Part shown: positions 45,402-52,906 of the stretch, in pieces
Layout: each line of letters begins with the position of its first letter
Numbering within the stretch: the first letter of the stretch is position 1
Source: Acidobacteria bacterium 28-1
Lineage (GTDB): Bacteria > Acidobacteriota > Blastocatellia > Pyrinomonadales > Pyrinomonadaceae
DNA: 64,000 nucleotides
Reading direction: 5' to 3'
Assembly (NCBI GenBank): GCA_002050365.1
Contig: MWYZ01000108.1
Coordinates: 16,754-80,753, forward strand
Translations under genes and position numbers: made by a program
The notes under the pieces: generated by a model
Database searches by the model: none
What the model was told of the DNA's origin: nothing
What the model saw: the letters and a program-made list of their open reading frames with translations, nothing else

Positions 45402-45860
45402 TTAGTTGGCTTCCATCGTCGCAGGCACTTTGCCGACCAGCGCGAAGAAGGCTAAACCCATAATCGCTCCGAAAATAATATGACCCATTAAACTCATTAT
45501 TCCCATCATTCGCATCGGTTCCATCGTCAGCGGAGCAAAGACCGGCATTCCGAGAAACAGCGGCATCAAAATTAATCCGCCTATAATCCACCAAACAACG
45601 CCCCAGATAATTCCCCATAAAATCCCCGCACCGTAGTTTTGAACGCGATTGCCGAACAGCAGACCGAACGACGCGCCGATAATCACGCTATTGAACAAAT
45701 GATAAAGCCACCCGACAACCAGACTGTCCGATTGAACGACTTTAGCCACCATTGCCATCATCGGCTTTCCGTCCGGCGCACTCATCATCGTCATTATCAT
45801 TCCGAATGCAACACCACCGATTAATGCGGCGATAATGCCTGTTACAACTTTTGATTGCAT
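45402..45860 (-). CDS. Integral membrane protein (4 TM), unknown function
   Basis: 152 aa, Gly/Ile/Met-rich hydrophobic segments. An AAGGAG RBS lies upstream of ATG 45860. Confidence 0.55.
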   Translation of the reverse strand: MQSKVVTGIIAALIGGVAFGMIMTMMSAPDGKPMMAMVAKVVQSDSLVVGWLYHLFNSVIIGASFGLLFGNRVQNYGAGILWGIIWGVVWWIIGGLILMPLFLGMPVFAPLTMEPMRMMGIMSLMGHIIFGAIMGLAFFALVGKVPATMEAN

Positions 45861-45874
45861 AGTTATTATCTCCT

Positions 45875-46162
45875 TTACAGATTTCTGTCTATAGGCAAAC
45901 TCGTTACAACCGACGTATGTTCAACTTTTACCGGCAACAACTCAAAGCCGTTGATTTCCAGTTGATGCGGAAATAAAACATCAAACGGTGCTGACAAAGA
46001 CATTTTCCCGATGCTGACCTTGATTGCCGTTTCCTAGACGCTCACAATGCTGACAAACTTTTCGTTCGACACATCTTCAATCAAACTCTGGGCATACGCA
46101 CTCAAACTCGCACTGCCTGCAATAAACCACAAAAGCGTATGGGTATCAAGCAACAGCTTCAT
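45875..46162 (-). pseudogene. vapC: VapC/PIN-domain toxin gene inactivated by an in-frame TAG and C-terminal truncation
   Basis: MKLLLDTHTLLWFIAGSASLSAYAQSLIEDVSNEKFVSIVSV-TAG(46036-46034)-ETAIKVSIGKMSL...SLPIDRNL-stop. The TAG sits where PIN toxins have the Trp of the S(V/I)WE..IK segment. The protein ends before the usual C-terminal acidic motif. Confidence 0.65.
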
Positions 46163-46389
46163 TTGCGATATTCGTCAAAATCCGCAACCGGTTCGTTAAA
46201 ATCATCCGCCAGTACAAACAAGCCTTTCGCACTGCCAAACTGCGGTCGTGGCTTTTCCTGCCGCACGGCGACGAGTTTTGCAATGGGTAAATTGTTTCGG
46301 GTGAAAATAACTTCTTCGCCTTCGACAACCGATTCAATCAAAGCAGGTAATTCAATTGTGTCGCTTTTTTCGACGCTCACTTCATACAT
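46159..46389 (-). CDS. Phd/YefM-type antitoxin
   Basis: ...VIFTRNNLPIAKLVAV...GSAKGLFVLADDFNEPVADFDEY. The stop overlaps the vapC ATG (ATGA). Confidence 0.65.
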   Translation of the reverse strand: MYEVSVEKSDTIELPALIESVVEGEEVIFTRNNLPIAKLVAVRQEKPRPQFGSAKGLFVLADDFNEPVADFDEYRK

Positions 46390-46515
46390 ACAATTTTGTT
46401 GCTTCCGAATTTAAATTTTTATCACACGCTCAAAGCAAACTTTTTCGAGAAAACACGGTAGCCGCCCAAGTTTGTATTATACGGAAGTTCCGCACAATAA
46501 CATTCTTTTCAAGAT

Positions 46516-47178
46516 TTATAACGAAACGCTCTTTGTAATTTCCTCTTCTTCCGCGAGCAGAAGTTTTTCCAACGCCTGCTCAAAGGTTGGAATACCGCGC
46601 TGCATTTTATACTTTTGCAGCCGCTCAAAAGCATCGCGGCGTAAAATTAACCACGCGCTGTTCGGATAATAATGCTCCATCATCTCTCGCCAGACGCCCA
46701 CTGATAGACTAAATTTTGCTTCCTTGCTCCAGGAAATCTGCGAGATTTGTATCGCTCCATCTTCAGCTTCATAAAAAATCGTGCCGCTGAACAACAATAA
46801 AAGCGGAATTTCGCCGGACTCGAGTCCGGCGAAATACTTTGTGCCGGCGACGTTAAAATCAAACGTGCAATTTACGGGCAAATCAACCGTCGTTGAATTT
46901 TGAAACGGCGAAACGACTGTGCTAGCGTGTGTCCACAGCATCGTTTTCAGCGTTTGTCCCCAACGCTCAGACTCGCCGAAAAGGTCGAGCATTTTTTCCT
47001 TTTCTTCACCGTTATATTGCCTGCGCGTCGGCTCAATCTGAATCTGACAACGCAGCGCGACAGTTTGAATCCATTCGTCCGGGTTTGAATTGTCAACGCG
47101 CAATTTAAAATTCAAAAGTGGCGCGACTGCGAACGGCACGGCTTCGACCGATTCGACTTGAAAATCCAAGTCAGGCAT
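46516..47178 (-). CDS. Conserved hydrogenase-cluster protein (I believe DUF6084 family)
   Basis: PDLDFQVESVEAVPFAVAPLLNFKLRVDN...VALRCQIQIEPTRRQY resembles proteins encoded next to group 1h/5 hydrogenases. The family number is from memory. Confidence 0.55.
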   Translation of the reverse strand: MPDLDFQVESVEAVPFAVAPLLNFKLRVDNSNPDEWIQTVALRCQIQIEPTRRQYNGEEKEKMLDLFGESERWGQTLKTMLWTHASTVVSPFQNSTTVDLPVNCTFDFNVAGTKYFAGLESGEIPLLLLFSGTIFYEAEDGAIQISQISWSKEAKFSLSVGVWREMMEHYYPNSAWLILRRDAFERLQKYKMQRGIPTFEQALEKLLLAEEEEITKSVSL

Positions 47179-47749
47179 TTTTTACCTCGCTGGCGCGTTC
47201 CTTCAATTTGGCGTAAAATTCCGCGATTTCCCGCCAAACTTCCGTGCCGCCGGACAATCCGCTCCAATGTGTGCGAATCAAACCGACGAGCTTGTAACAT
47301 TCGTCAATCGGCACAATATAATAATCGCGCGTATTGCCGACGCGGTTGACGAGCAATGCTTCTACATCCGCTTCCATCTGTTCCAAAATTGGATTTTCCG
47401 CTGCAATTTCGCCCCAGGATTCAAAAGATAAAAGCGATTCGGTCGCGCCCGCCGAACCCGGATAAATTGCAACTATTCTTTCATTGACCGTACTGTTGAA
47501 AAAGAACGCGAGTTGAATCGGGATTCTCAAATTGTCCCACTGCGCGTCCGTCAGGCGAAAATTCGAAAGATACCTGATGCGGCGCGGAACGCTTTTGTAT
47601 TTCGTTTCGCCCGGATTGTCGAAAAGAATCGCGCACGGCTGGCAGGCGCAGATTAGTTGACGGCTGAGCGGGTCAATCAAATGCTGATGCTCGGCGGCAA
47701 GTTCGGCATTACACATATCGCAATGCTCGAGAGCGACGCGCGGGCGCAC
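47171..47749 (-). CDS. Conserved hydrogenase-cluster protein (I believe DUF5947 family)
   Basis: The N-terminal Cys cluster is EHCDMCNAELAAEHQHLIDPLSRQLICACQPCAILF. It has an 8-nt overlap with the downstream gene. The family number is from memory. Confidence 0.55.
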   Translation of the reverse strand: MRPRVALEHCDMCNAELAAEHQHLIDPLSRQLICACQPCAILFDNPGETKYKSVPRRIRYLSNFRLTDAQWDNLRIPIQLAFFFNSTVNERIVAIYPGSAGATESLLSFESWGEIAAENPILEQMEADVEALLVNRVGNTRDYYIVPIDECYKLVGLIRTHWSGLSGGTEVWREIAEFYAKLKERASEVKNA

Positions 47750-47812
47750 AAACCGCCGAAGCGCGGCAAACGAATCATTTTCTTTCGGAGGCTATATCGA
47801 ATTCATTGCCGA

Positions 47813-48331
47813 TTAGACCGAATCCATTCGATTATTTCTCCAACCCGCCGCGCGTAACGCTTCGCCCGCCGACCAGATTGCGATTCCGAGCAGTGCCAAA
47901 TCCTTTGCAATAAATTGACCCGGCATCGGCGACGGAAACGGAAAGCCGTAACCCGGCTGCCACACGCCCGGCGTCGTCAAAAGAAAGTGCAGGGTGATAA
48001 GAAAAATTCCAATCGCAATAATACTACCAACGGCTGAAATTTTCGGCGCAAACGAGCGCGTCGCAATCAGCAATGCCGCGATAATTTCCGTCGCGCCGAT
48101 AAGCATCGAAGCCGTGCGTACGCTCATCACGCTATACATCCACGACATCAGCGGAGAGTTGGCGATTAAGCCCTGGATGCCTTCGGCTTCGTAGGCGGTG
48201 AATTTGAGCGCGCCAACCCACAGCAAAATTATCACCAGACCGTAGCGAATTACGTTCGCGCCGATATTTTCCAGCGTGTAACCCCAGCCGCTCGCATCCG
48301 CGCGTTCCATAGTTTCCATTCTAGTTGCCAT
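47813..48331 (-). CDS. DUF417 (YkgB-like) membrane protein
   Basis: IRYGLVIILLWVGALKFTAYEAEGIQGLIANSPLMSWMY resembles E. coli YkgB (IRLSIAIVFMWIGLLKFVPYEADSITPFVANSPLMSFFY). ATG is at 48331. Confidence 0.7.
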   Translation of the reverse strand: MATRMETMERADASGWGYTLENIGANVIRYGLVIILLWVGALKFTAYEAEGIQGLIANSPLMSWMYSVMSVRTASMLIGATEIIAALLIATRSFAPKISAVGSIIAIGIFLITLHFLLTTPGVWQPGYGFPFPSPMPGQFIAKDLALLGIAIWSAGEALRAAGWRNNRMDSV

Positions 48332-48515
48332 TTTTGTTTTCTCCTCACTCGCCTGCCGCCGAAAAAAGCCGGGCGACAAGTCAGCTTATTTTTATTCGTC
48401 GTTTCCGACGAAAGATAAATTTTGATAGACGAAACTTTGACTTTCAACCGATTGCATCTGTCCGCTCAATCAAAATTAAAATACCGTTAAACCACTTGCG
48501 GCTTGCCTCACGATT

Positions 48516-49142
48516 TCATTTTACGCCCATTTTGTCAGCCATACCTTTAATCATTTCCAAGTGCATTTTCAAAGTCGGCAGTGTTTTTGTGGCAAATGCT
48601 TTCACATCCGCGTCGGCGGCTGTTTTAGAAACATTTTCGAACGCTGCGACATCTTTTTCGTGATCTTCGACCATTGCTTTGACGTATTCTTTGTCAAAGT
48701 CCGCGCCGCTCAGCTTCGATAACTTATCCATTATCTCTTTGTGTTTCGGCATCACGTCCGGCGGCAGCGTAACTTTTTTCTGCGCCGCCAACTGTTTCAA
48801 TTCTTCATTTGCCTTCGAGTGATCTTCAACCATTTTTTGACCGAAGATTTTAACTTCCGCATTTTGCGCTTTTGCAGCAGCGAGTTTACCGAGTTCGACT
48901 TCCGCCATTCCGCCCGGAGCCGCATCGTTCATAAAGGCGAGGTCGCCGCCCGTGACAACTGTATCGCCTTTATCGCTCGGCGGTTTCGCCGGATCAGTTT
49001 TTACTAACGGCTCGCTGTTCGCCGTTCCCTTATTGCCCGGCTCATTTGAACAAGCCGCTCCAATCGCAAGCAAAGTACTGACTGATATTAATAAAACTAT
49101 TGTCTTTATTTGTTTAACCATTTGTTTAATCATTGTTTCCAT
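48516..49142 (-). CDS. DUF4142 domain protein, secreted/lipoprotein (copy 1)
   Basis: The signal peptide with LAIGAACS is followed by FMNDAAPGGMAEVELGKLAAAKAQNAEVKIFGQKMVEDHSKANEELK...DFDKEYVKAMVEDHEKDVAAF. Confidence 0.8.
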   Translation of the reverse strand: METMIKQMVKQIKTIVLLISVSTLLAIGAACSNEPGNKGTANSEPLVKTDPAKPPSDKGDTVVTGGDLAFMNDAAPGGMAEVELGKLAAAKAQNAEVKIFGQKMVEDHSKANEELKQLAAQKKVTLPPDVMPKHKEIMDKLSKLSGADFDKEYVKAMVEDHEKDVAAFENVSKTAADADVKAFATKTLPTLKMHLEMIKGMADKMGVK

Positions 49143-49220
49143 CTTGTTATTCCTCAGAAATTATTTCCCATGTCATCACCGAATGATTTTCGGGCGATTT
49201 CGCGTCCGAAAGATTATAGC

Positions 49221-49361
49221 TTACTGCGCCTCGTAAGCGGTGAATTTCAAAGCTCCGACCCACAACAAAACGATAACTAACCCGTAGCGAATTACATTTG
49301 CGCCGATATTTTCGAGCGTGTAACCCCAGCCGTTCGCATCCGTGCGTTCCATAGTTGCCAT
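49221..49361 (-). pseudogene. 46-codon 5' fragment of a DUF417 gene (duplicate of 48190-48331)
   Basis: MATMERTDANGWGYTLENIGANVIRYGLVIVLLWVGALKFTAYEAQ-stop parallels the N-terminus of the full gene up to KFTAYEA, where similarity ends. Confidence 0.65.
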
Positions 49362-49400
49362 TTTTGTTTTCTCCTTATCTACTGAATTCGCCCCCGCGCT

Positions 49401-50021
49401 TTACGGTTTCACGCCCATTTTGGCAGCCATACCTTTAATCATTTCTAAGCGCATTTTTATAGTTGGCAGCCTCTTCGTGGCAAACGCTTTTACATCCGCG
49501 TCGGCAGCTGTTTTAGAAACATTTTCAAATGCCGCGACATCTTTTTCGTGCGCTTCGACCATCGCTTTGACGTATTCTTTGTCAAAGTCCGCGCCGCTCA
49601 GCTTCGACAATTTATCCATCAACTCCATATGCATCGGCACCACATCCGATGGCAGCAGAACTTTTTTCTGTACCATCAACACTTTCACATCCTCGATTGC
49701 CTTCGAGTGGTCTTCAACCATTTTTTGACCGAAGGCTTTGACATCCGCGCTCTGCGCTTTTGAAGCGGCGAGATTGCCGAGTTCAATTGCCCCCATTCCG
49801 CCCGGAGCCTCGGCGATCACAAAGGCGAGATCAGCGCCGGTGATAAGCGCGTCTTCTGTATCGCTCGCCGAACCGGTTTTTATTGGCGGCTCACTGCTCG
49901 CCGCTCCATTGTTGCCCGGCTCCTTTGAACAAGCCGCTCCAATCGCAAGCAAAATACTGATTGATATCAATAAAATATTTGTTTTTATTTGTTTAATCAT
50001 TTGTTTAATTATTGTTTTCAT
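49401..50021 (-). CDS. DUF4142 domain protein, secreted/lipoprotein (copy 2)
   Basis: Clear paralogue of 48516..49142 along its whole length (same signal peptide, ...FGQKMVEDHSKAIEDVK...DFDKEYVKAMVEAHEKDVAAF). Confidence 0.8.
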   Translation of the reverse strand: MKTIIKQMIKQIKTNILLISISILLAIGAACSKEPGNNGAASSEPPIKTGSASDTEDALITGADLAFVIAEAPGGMGAIELGNLAASKAQSADVKAFGQKMVEDHSKAIEDVKVLMVQKKVLLPSDVVPMHMELMDKLSKLSGADFDKEYVKAMVEAHEKDVAAFENVSKTAADADVKAFATKRLPTIKMRLEMIKGMAAKMGVKP

Positions 50022-50148
50022 TTTGTTATTCGTTGAAGATTATTTCCCTCGTTATCTCCCAATGATTTTCGGGCGACTTCGCATCCTAAAGATTATATGT
50101 CATTGCTCGCGGATTCCGCATTTTATTTTCGGCTTTTTAGACTGGGGG

Positions 50149-50215
50149 CAAGTTTGGCATTGTACAACCGCAATGCTCAAGAGCGACGCGCGAGCGCATA
50201 AACCGCTGAAGCGCG
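50149..50215 (-). repeat. Displaced duplicate of the 5' end (start codon region) of the DUF5947-like gene
   Basis: 50149-50215 aligns to 47698-47765 (about 58 of 68 positions identical by hand). It includes the start codon region (GCGCAT here versus GCGCAC there). Confidence 0.6.
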
Positions 50216-50356
50216 TCGCATAAAGATTGGCGATTGTCCTTTAAGCTCGAATCTTAACTCATAATCAACAACTGATGAACACGGAATAATGAATGATGAA
50301 ATTTAAATACAAGTTGCCCTTCATTCATCATTTATACTTCACATTCCATAAATCAC

Positions 50357-50497
50357 CTAAGCGGGCGGCATATTCGGCATCTCCGGGTCTATCGGCTCTC
50401 TTTCTTCCACATTGACGCTGGTGGAATTTCTCGCCGTAGAAGTTCCGGTCGGGCGACCTGCTTCATCTTTTCCGGTGTCGTGGAGTTTTTCGCCCAT
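50357..50497 (-). CDS. Hypothetical small protein (uncertain start)
   Basis: MGEKLHDTGKDEAGRPTGTSTARNSTSVNVEEREPIDPEMPNMPPA. There is no SD before this ATG. A perfect AAGGAGGA + ATG at 50525 opens a different frame. Confidence 0.25.
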   Translation of the reverse strand: MGEKLHDTGKDEAGRPTGTSTARNSTSVNVEEREPIDPEMPNMPPA

Positions 50498-51011
50498 AAG
50501 GAATATTTTCTGCTTCTGCTGCCATCGTTTTTCCTCCTTTTGGTTTGGTAGATTGTAGTTCAACAATCAATGATTCAAATATCACTCTACTTACATTAAG
50601 CGACGCGCCTTAATATTTTATTCCGCAAAATTATTAATTTGAAATTTCTCGTCGGAAATTAAAATCTTAGGTAAATTTTCTTTAGTGAATTGTTTTAGTT
50701 ATCACGCTGCAGAGGCGCACCCGTGCAAGCATCGTCCAACTAAACAGTTTCAAAGACCTGCACCGGGAACGCCGAGAGTAGTTGCACTTGTCGGCACGAA
50801 TTAAGTTCGATAAATCGAAGTGTTTAACTGTCATAACGCTTTACGGGAAGTTTGTCAAATTTTTTTATGCGTGTAGTAAAAAAACAAGTAAAAATATTTA
50901 ATTACAGGCGAAAATTTATTGGTTTTGATTGGAAAAAAGTGGTAAAGTATTCTTCAAATTTTGAATCAAGCGAAGGTTATGAATAAATTTTTCGCATTCG
51001 CGCATTAAACG

Positions 51012-51413
51012 ATGAATCTGCCGATTTTAAGTCTACCGATAGAGAATGCTTGCGGGTGCGGGGATACGGAATCAGGCGAGAGCAACGAGTGTATGTGTCC
51101 GGCGACGGGTTTAGTGCAAATCATCGGGCGCAAATATGCACTTAGACTGCTGACAGTCATCGGCGAACGTCAAAGTATACGTTTTAACGATCTAAAGGTT
51201 GCGATGAACGATATAAGTTCTTCGACTTTGACGATTCGGTTGGCAGAACTTGAACGCGCCGGGCTCATCGAACGTCAAACGTATTCTGAGACGCCGCCGC
51301 GCGTTGAATACACGCTGTCAACAGACGGCAGGAAACTGCGGCAAAGCCTTTTCGCGCTCTCGAAATATGCGTCTAGAAAATCAGAAAGGTCAAAGTTATT
51401 GGCGGCGGAGTGA
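51012..51413 (+). CDS. HxlR-type winged-helix transcriptional regulator
   Basis: CPATGLVQIIGRKYALRLLTVIGERQSIRFNDLKVAM.DISSSTLTIRLAELERAGLIERQTYSETPPRVEYTLS. The start is uncertain, with an alternative ATG at 51093. Confidence 0.8.
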   Translation: MNLPILSLPIENACGCGDTESGESNECMCPATGLVQIIGRKYALRLLTVIGERQSIRFNDLKVAMNDISSSTLTIRLAELERAGLIERQTYSETPPRVEYTLSTDGRKLRQSLFALSKYASRKSERSKLLAAE

Positions 51414-51493
51414 TTTGTCTGCAAAAGCGTCGCTGCCAAGATTTTACTAAGCGCAAAATTGTGTTTTTGTCTTAAAGATTTGGAGGAAAAACG

Positions 51494-51790
51494 ATGGATT
51501 CGATTACGATTTGGACATATTCGCTGATTGTCGGCGTAGTAGTGATTTTGATTGTCGCGGTTCTGCTGATTGCAATCGTTTTAACTGCCCGCAAAATTGA
51601 CGACCACGCCAAAGATATTTGGCAAGCCGGAAAACTAATCGCCGGAAATACGGTTTCGATTTGGATGTTGAAAGACACTAACGTCGTCGCGGGCGATATT
51701 CTTACAACCGCTCAATCCATCGCCGGAGTCGCCGGAGAAATCAATAATAAACTTGACGATTTGGGACAGGCATTAACCAAAGGAGCGTAA
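51494..51790 (+). CDS. Small bitopic membrane protein, type A (paralogue of 52176..52508)
   Basis: It has a GGAGGA RBS and an N-terminal TM segment (LIVGVVVILIVAVLLIAIVL). It then reads TARKIDDHA...LIAGNT...TN.VA... in an Ala/Gly/Leu-rich helical tail. Confidence 0.7.
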   Translation: MDSITIWTYSLIVGVVVILIVAVLLIAIVLTARKIDDHAKDIWQAGKLIAGNTVSIWMLKDTNVVAGDILTTAQSIAGVAGEINNKLDDLGQALTKGA

Positions 51791-51795
51791 ATTAT

Positions 51796-52089
51796 ATGGA
51801 ACTGCTGACTTGGTTGACGATTATTTACGCGGTGATTTTGGTGCTGACCTTGGCGGTCGGGTTGATTGCGATTTTGACGACTTTGATGAGCGTTGCCAAA
51901 AAACTCGGCGCAATCAGCGCGGGTTTGCAGGTGGTCGAGCAAAATACCGCGCCGCTCAATGCTGGAGTTGAACAATTAAACGGCTCGCTCGGCGGATTGG
52001 CTGGCGGTTTGATGGTCGCCGAATCTAGTTTTGCTTCGGCGAACGAGCATTTGCAGGAAACGCTCGACGCGGTAACGGTTGCGCGTTAA
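51796..52089 (+). CDS. Small bitopic membrane protein, type B (paralogue of 52508..52807)
   Basis: It has an AAGGAG RBS and an N-terminal TM segment. It then reads ...VEQNTAPLNAGVEQLNGSLGGLAGG...SANEHLQ. Confidence 0.7.
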   Translation: MELLTWLTIIYAVILVLTLAVGLIAILTTLMSVAKKLGAISAGLQVVEQNTAPLNAGVEQLNGSLGGLAGGLMVAESSFASANEHLQETLDAVTVAR

Positions 52090-52093
52090 TTAC

Positions 52094-52163
52094 GTCAGAA
52101 CCGCCTGCGGTAGCGGGCGGGTATTCGACGCAGCTACCCGCCCGCTACCGCAGGCGGTCTGAC
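52094..52163. repeat. REP doublet (inverted pair) forming a roughly 27-bp stem
   Basis: GTCAGAACCGCCTGCGGTAGCGGGCGGG (52094-52121) pairs with CCCGCCCGCTACCGCAGGCGGTCTGAC (52137-52163). It has the same sequence as the REPs flanking the RAYT gene at 55001-55617. Confidence 0.85.
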
Positions 52164-52175
52164 CGGAGGGTTTAT

Positions 52176-52508
52176 ATGTTTTTAATCGAACTAACTCCTA
52201 ATGCAGAACTCGCGGTTAAAATCGCGTGGTCTGTCGGATTGATTCTCGCCCTGATTGTCACGGCGATTGATGTTCATTTGTTAATTCGCGTAATTAAAGC
52301 CGCCCGCAAAATTGACCGCTTGGCGGGCAGAACTTTGACGGCGGCTGGCGGAATCGCGGGCAATACTTCAGCACTAAAAAATTTGACGGCAACCAACGAA
52401 GTCGCCGCCGCGCTGATTGCGGGCGCGACACCGATTGTAAGTGTCGCCGATGCGATTGATAAAAAACTGTCGGCAGTTTCGACATTTTTCGGCGGAGGTA
52501 AGAAATAA
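52176..52508 (+). CDS. Small bitopic membrane protein, type A (paralogue of 51494..51790)
   Basis: It has a GGAGGG RBS and a TM segment. It then reads KAARKIDRLA...GIAGNTSALKNLTATNEVAAALIAG. Confidence 0.7.
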   Translation: MFLIELTPNAELAVKIAWSVGLILALIVTAIDVHLLIRVIKAARKIDRLAGRTLTAAGGIAGNTSALKNLTATNEVAAALIAGATPIVSVADAIDKKLSAVSTFFGGGKK

Positions 52509-52807
52509 TGGACACGGTTTTATTATTGACAATTTTAACGATTGTCGCCGCCGCAGTTTTACTCATTGCGCTCGGTATTGGATTGTTTCAAATCGCGCTT
52601 GGCTTGGAAGGCATCGGTTCGAGCCTCGACAAAATCGCTTATGGCGTGCGGGCAATTGAAACCGAAACCTCGCCTTTGCCCATTTGCATTGACGGCATCA
52701 ACGGTTCGCTCGCGCCGGTGGTCGGCGGTTTTGAAGCGGTCGGCGAAAGTTTAACGAGTGCAGACGCACATTTAGGAAATGTTGCCGGAGTTTTGGGCAT
52801 TAAGTGA
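52508..52807 (+). CDS. Small bitopic membrane protein, type B (paralogue of 51796..52089)
   Basis: The start overlaps the previous stop (TAATG), with a GGAGG RBS. After a TM segment it reads ...IETETSPLPICIDGINGSLAPVVGG...SADAHLG. Confidence 0.7.
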   Translation: MDTVLLLTILTIVAAAVLLIALGIGLFQIALGLEGIGSSLDKIAYGVRAIETETSPLPICIDGINGSLAPVVGGFEAVGESLTSADAHLGNVAGVLGIK

Positions 52808-52815
52808 AGAAATGA

Positions 52816-52893
52816 AACCACAGATAGACACAGATGATTTTAAGATAAAACAAAATCGGTTTTAATCTTTTGTTATCCGTGTTTATCTGTGGT
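52816..52893. repeat. Second copy of the CACAGATA-type palindromic element
   Basis: AACCACAGATAGACACAGAT (52816-52835) matches the reverse complement of ATCCGTGTTTATCTGTGGT (52875-52893) with two mismatches plus one unpaired terminal base. Same family as 19085-19182. Confidence 0.75.
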
Positions 52894-52906
52894 AAAAAAA
52901 TAAATT

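Noticed and set aside
50703-50810. A GC-richer patch inside the AT-rich 445-bp divergent intergenic region upstream of the HxlR gene; possibly an sRNA or riboswitch.
   Set aside because: I could not find a convincing conserved-looking fold or terminator by eye. It needs covariance-model or RNA-seq evidence.
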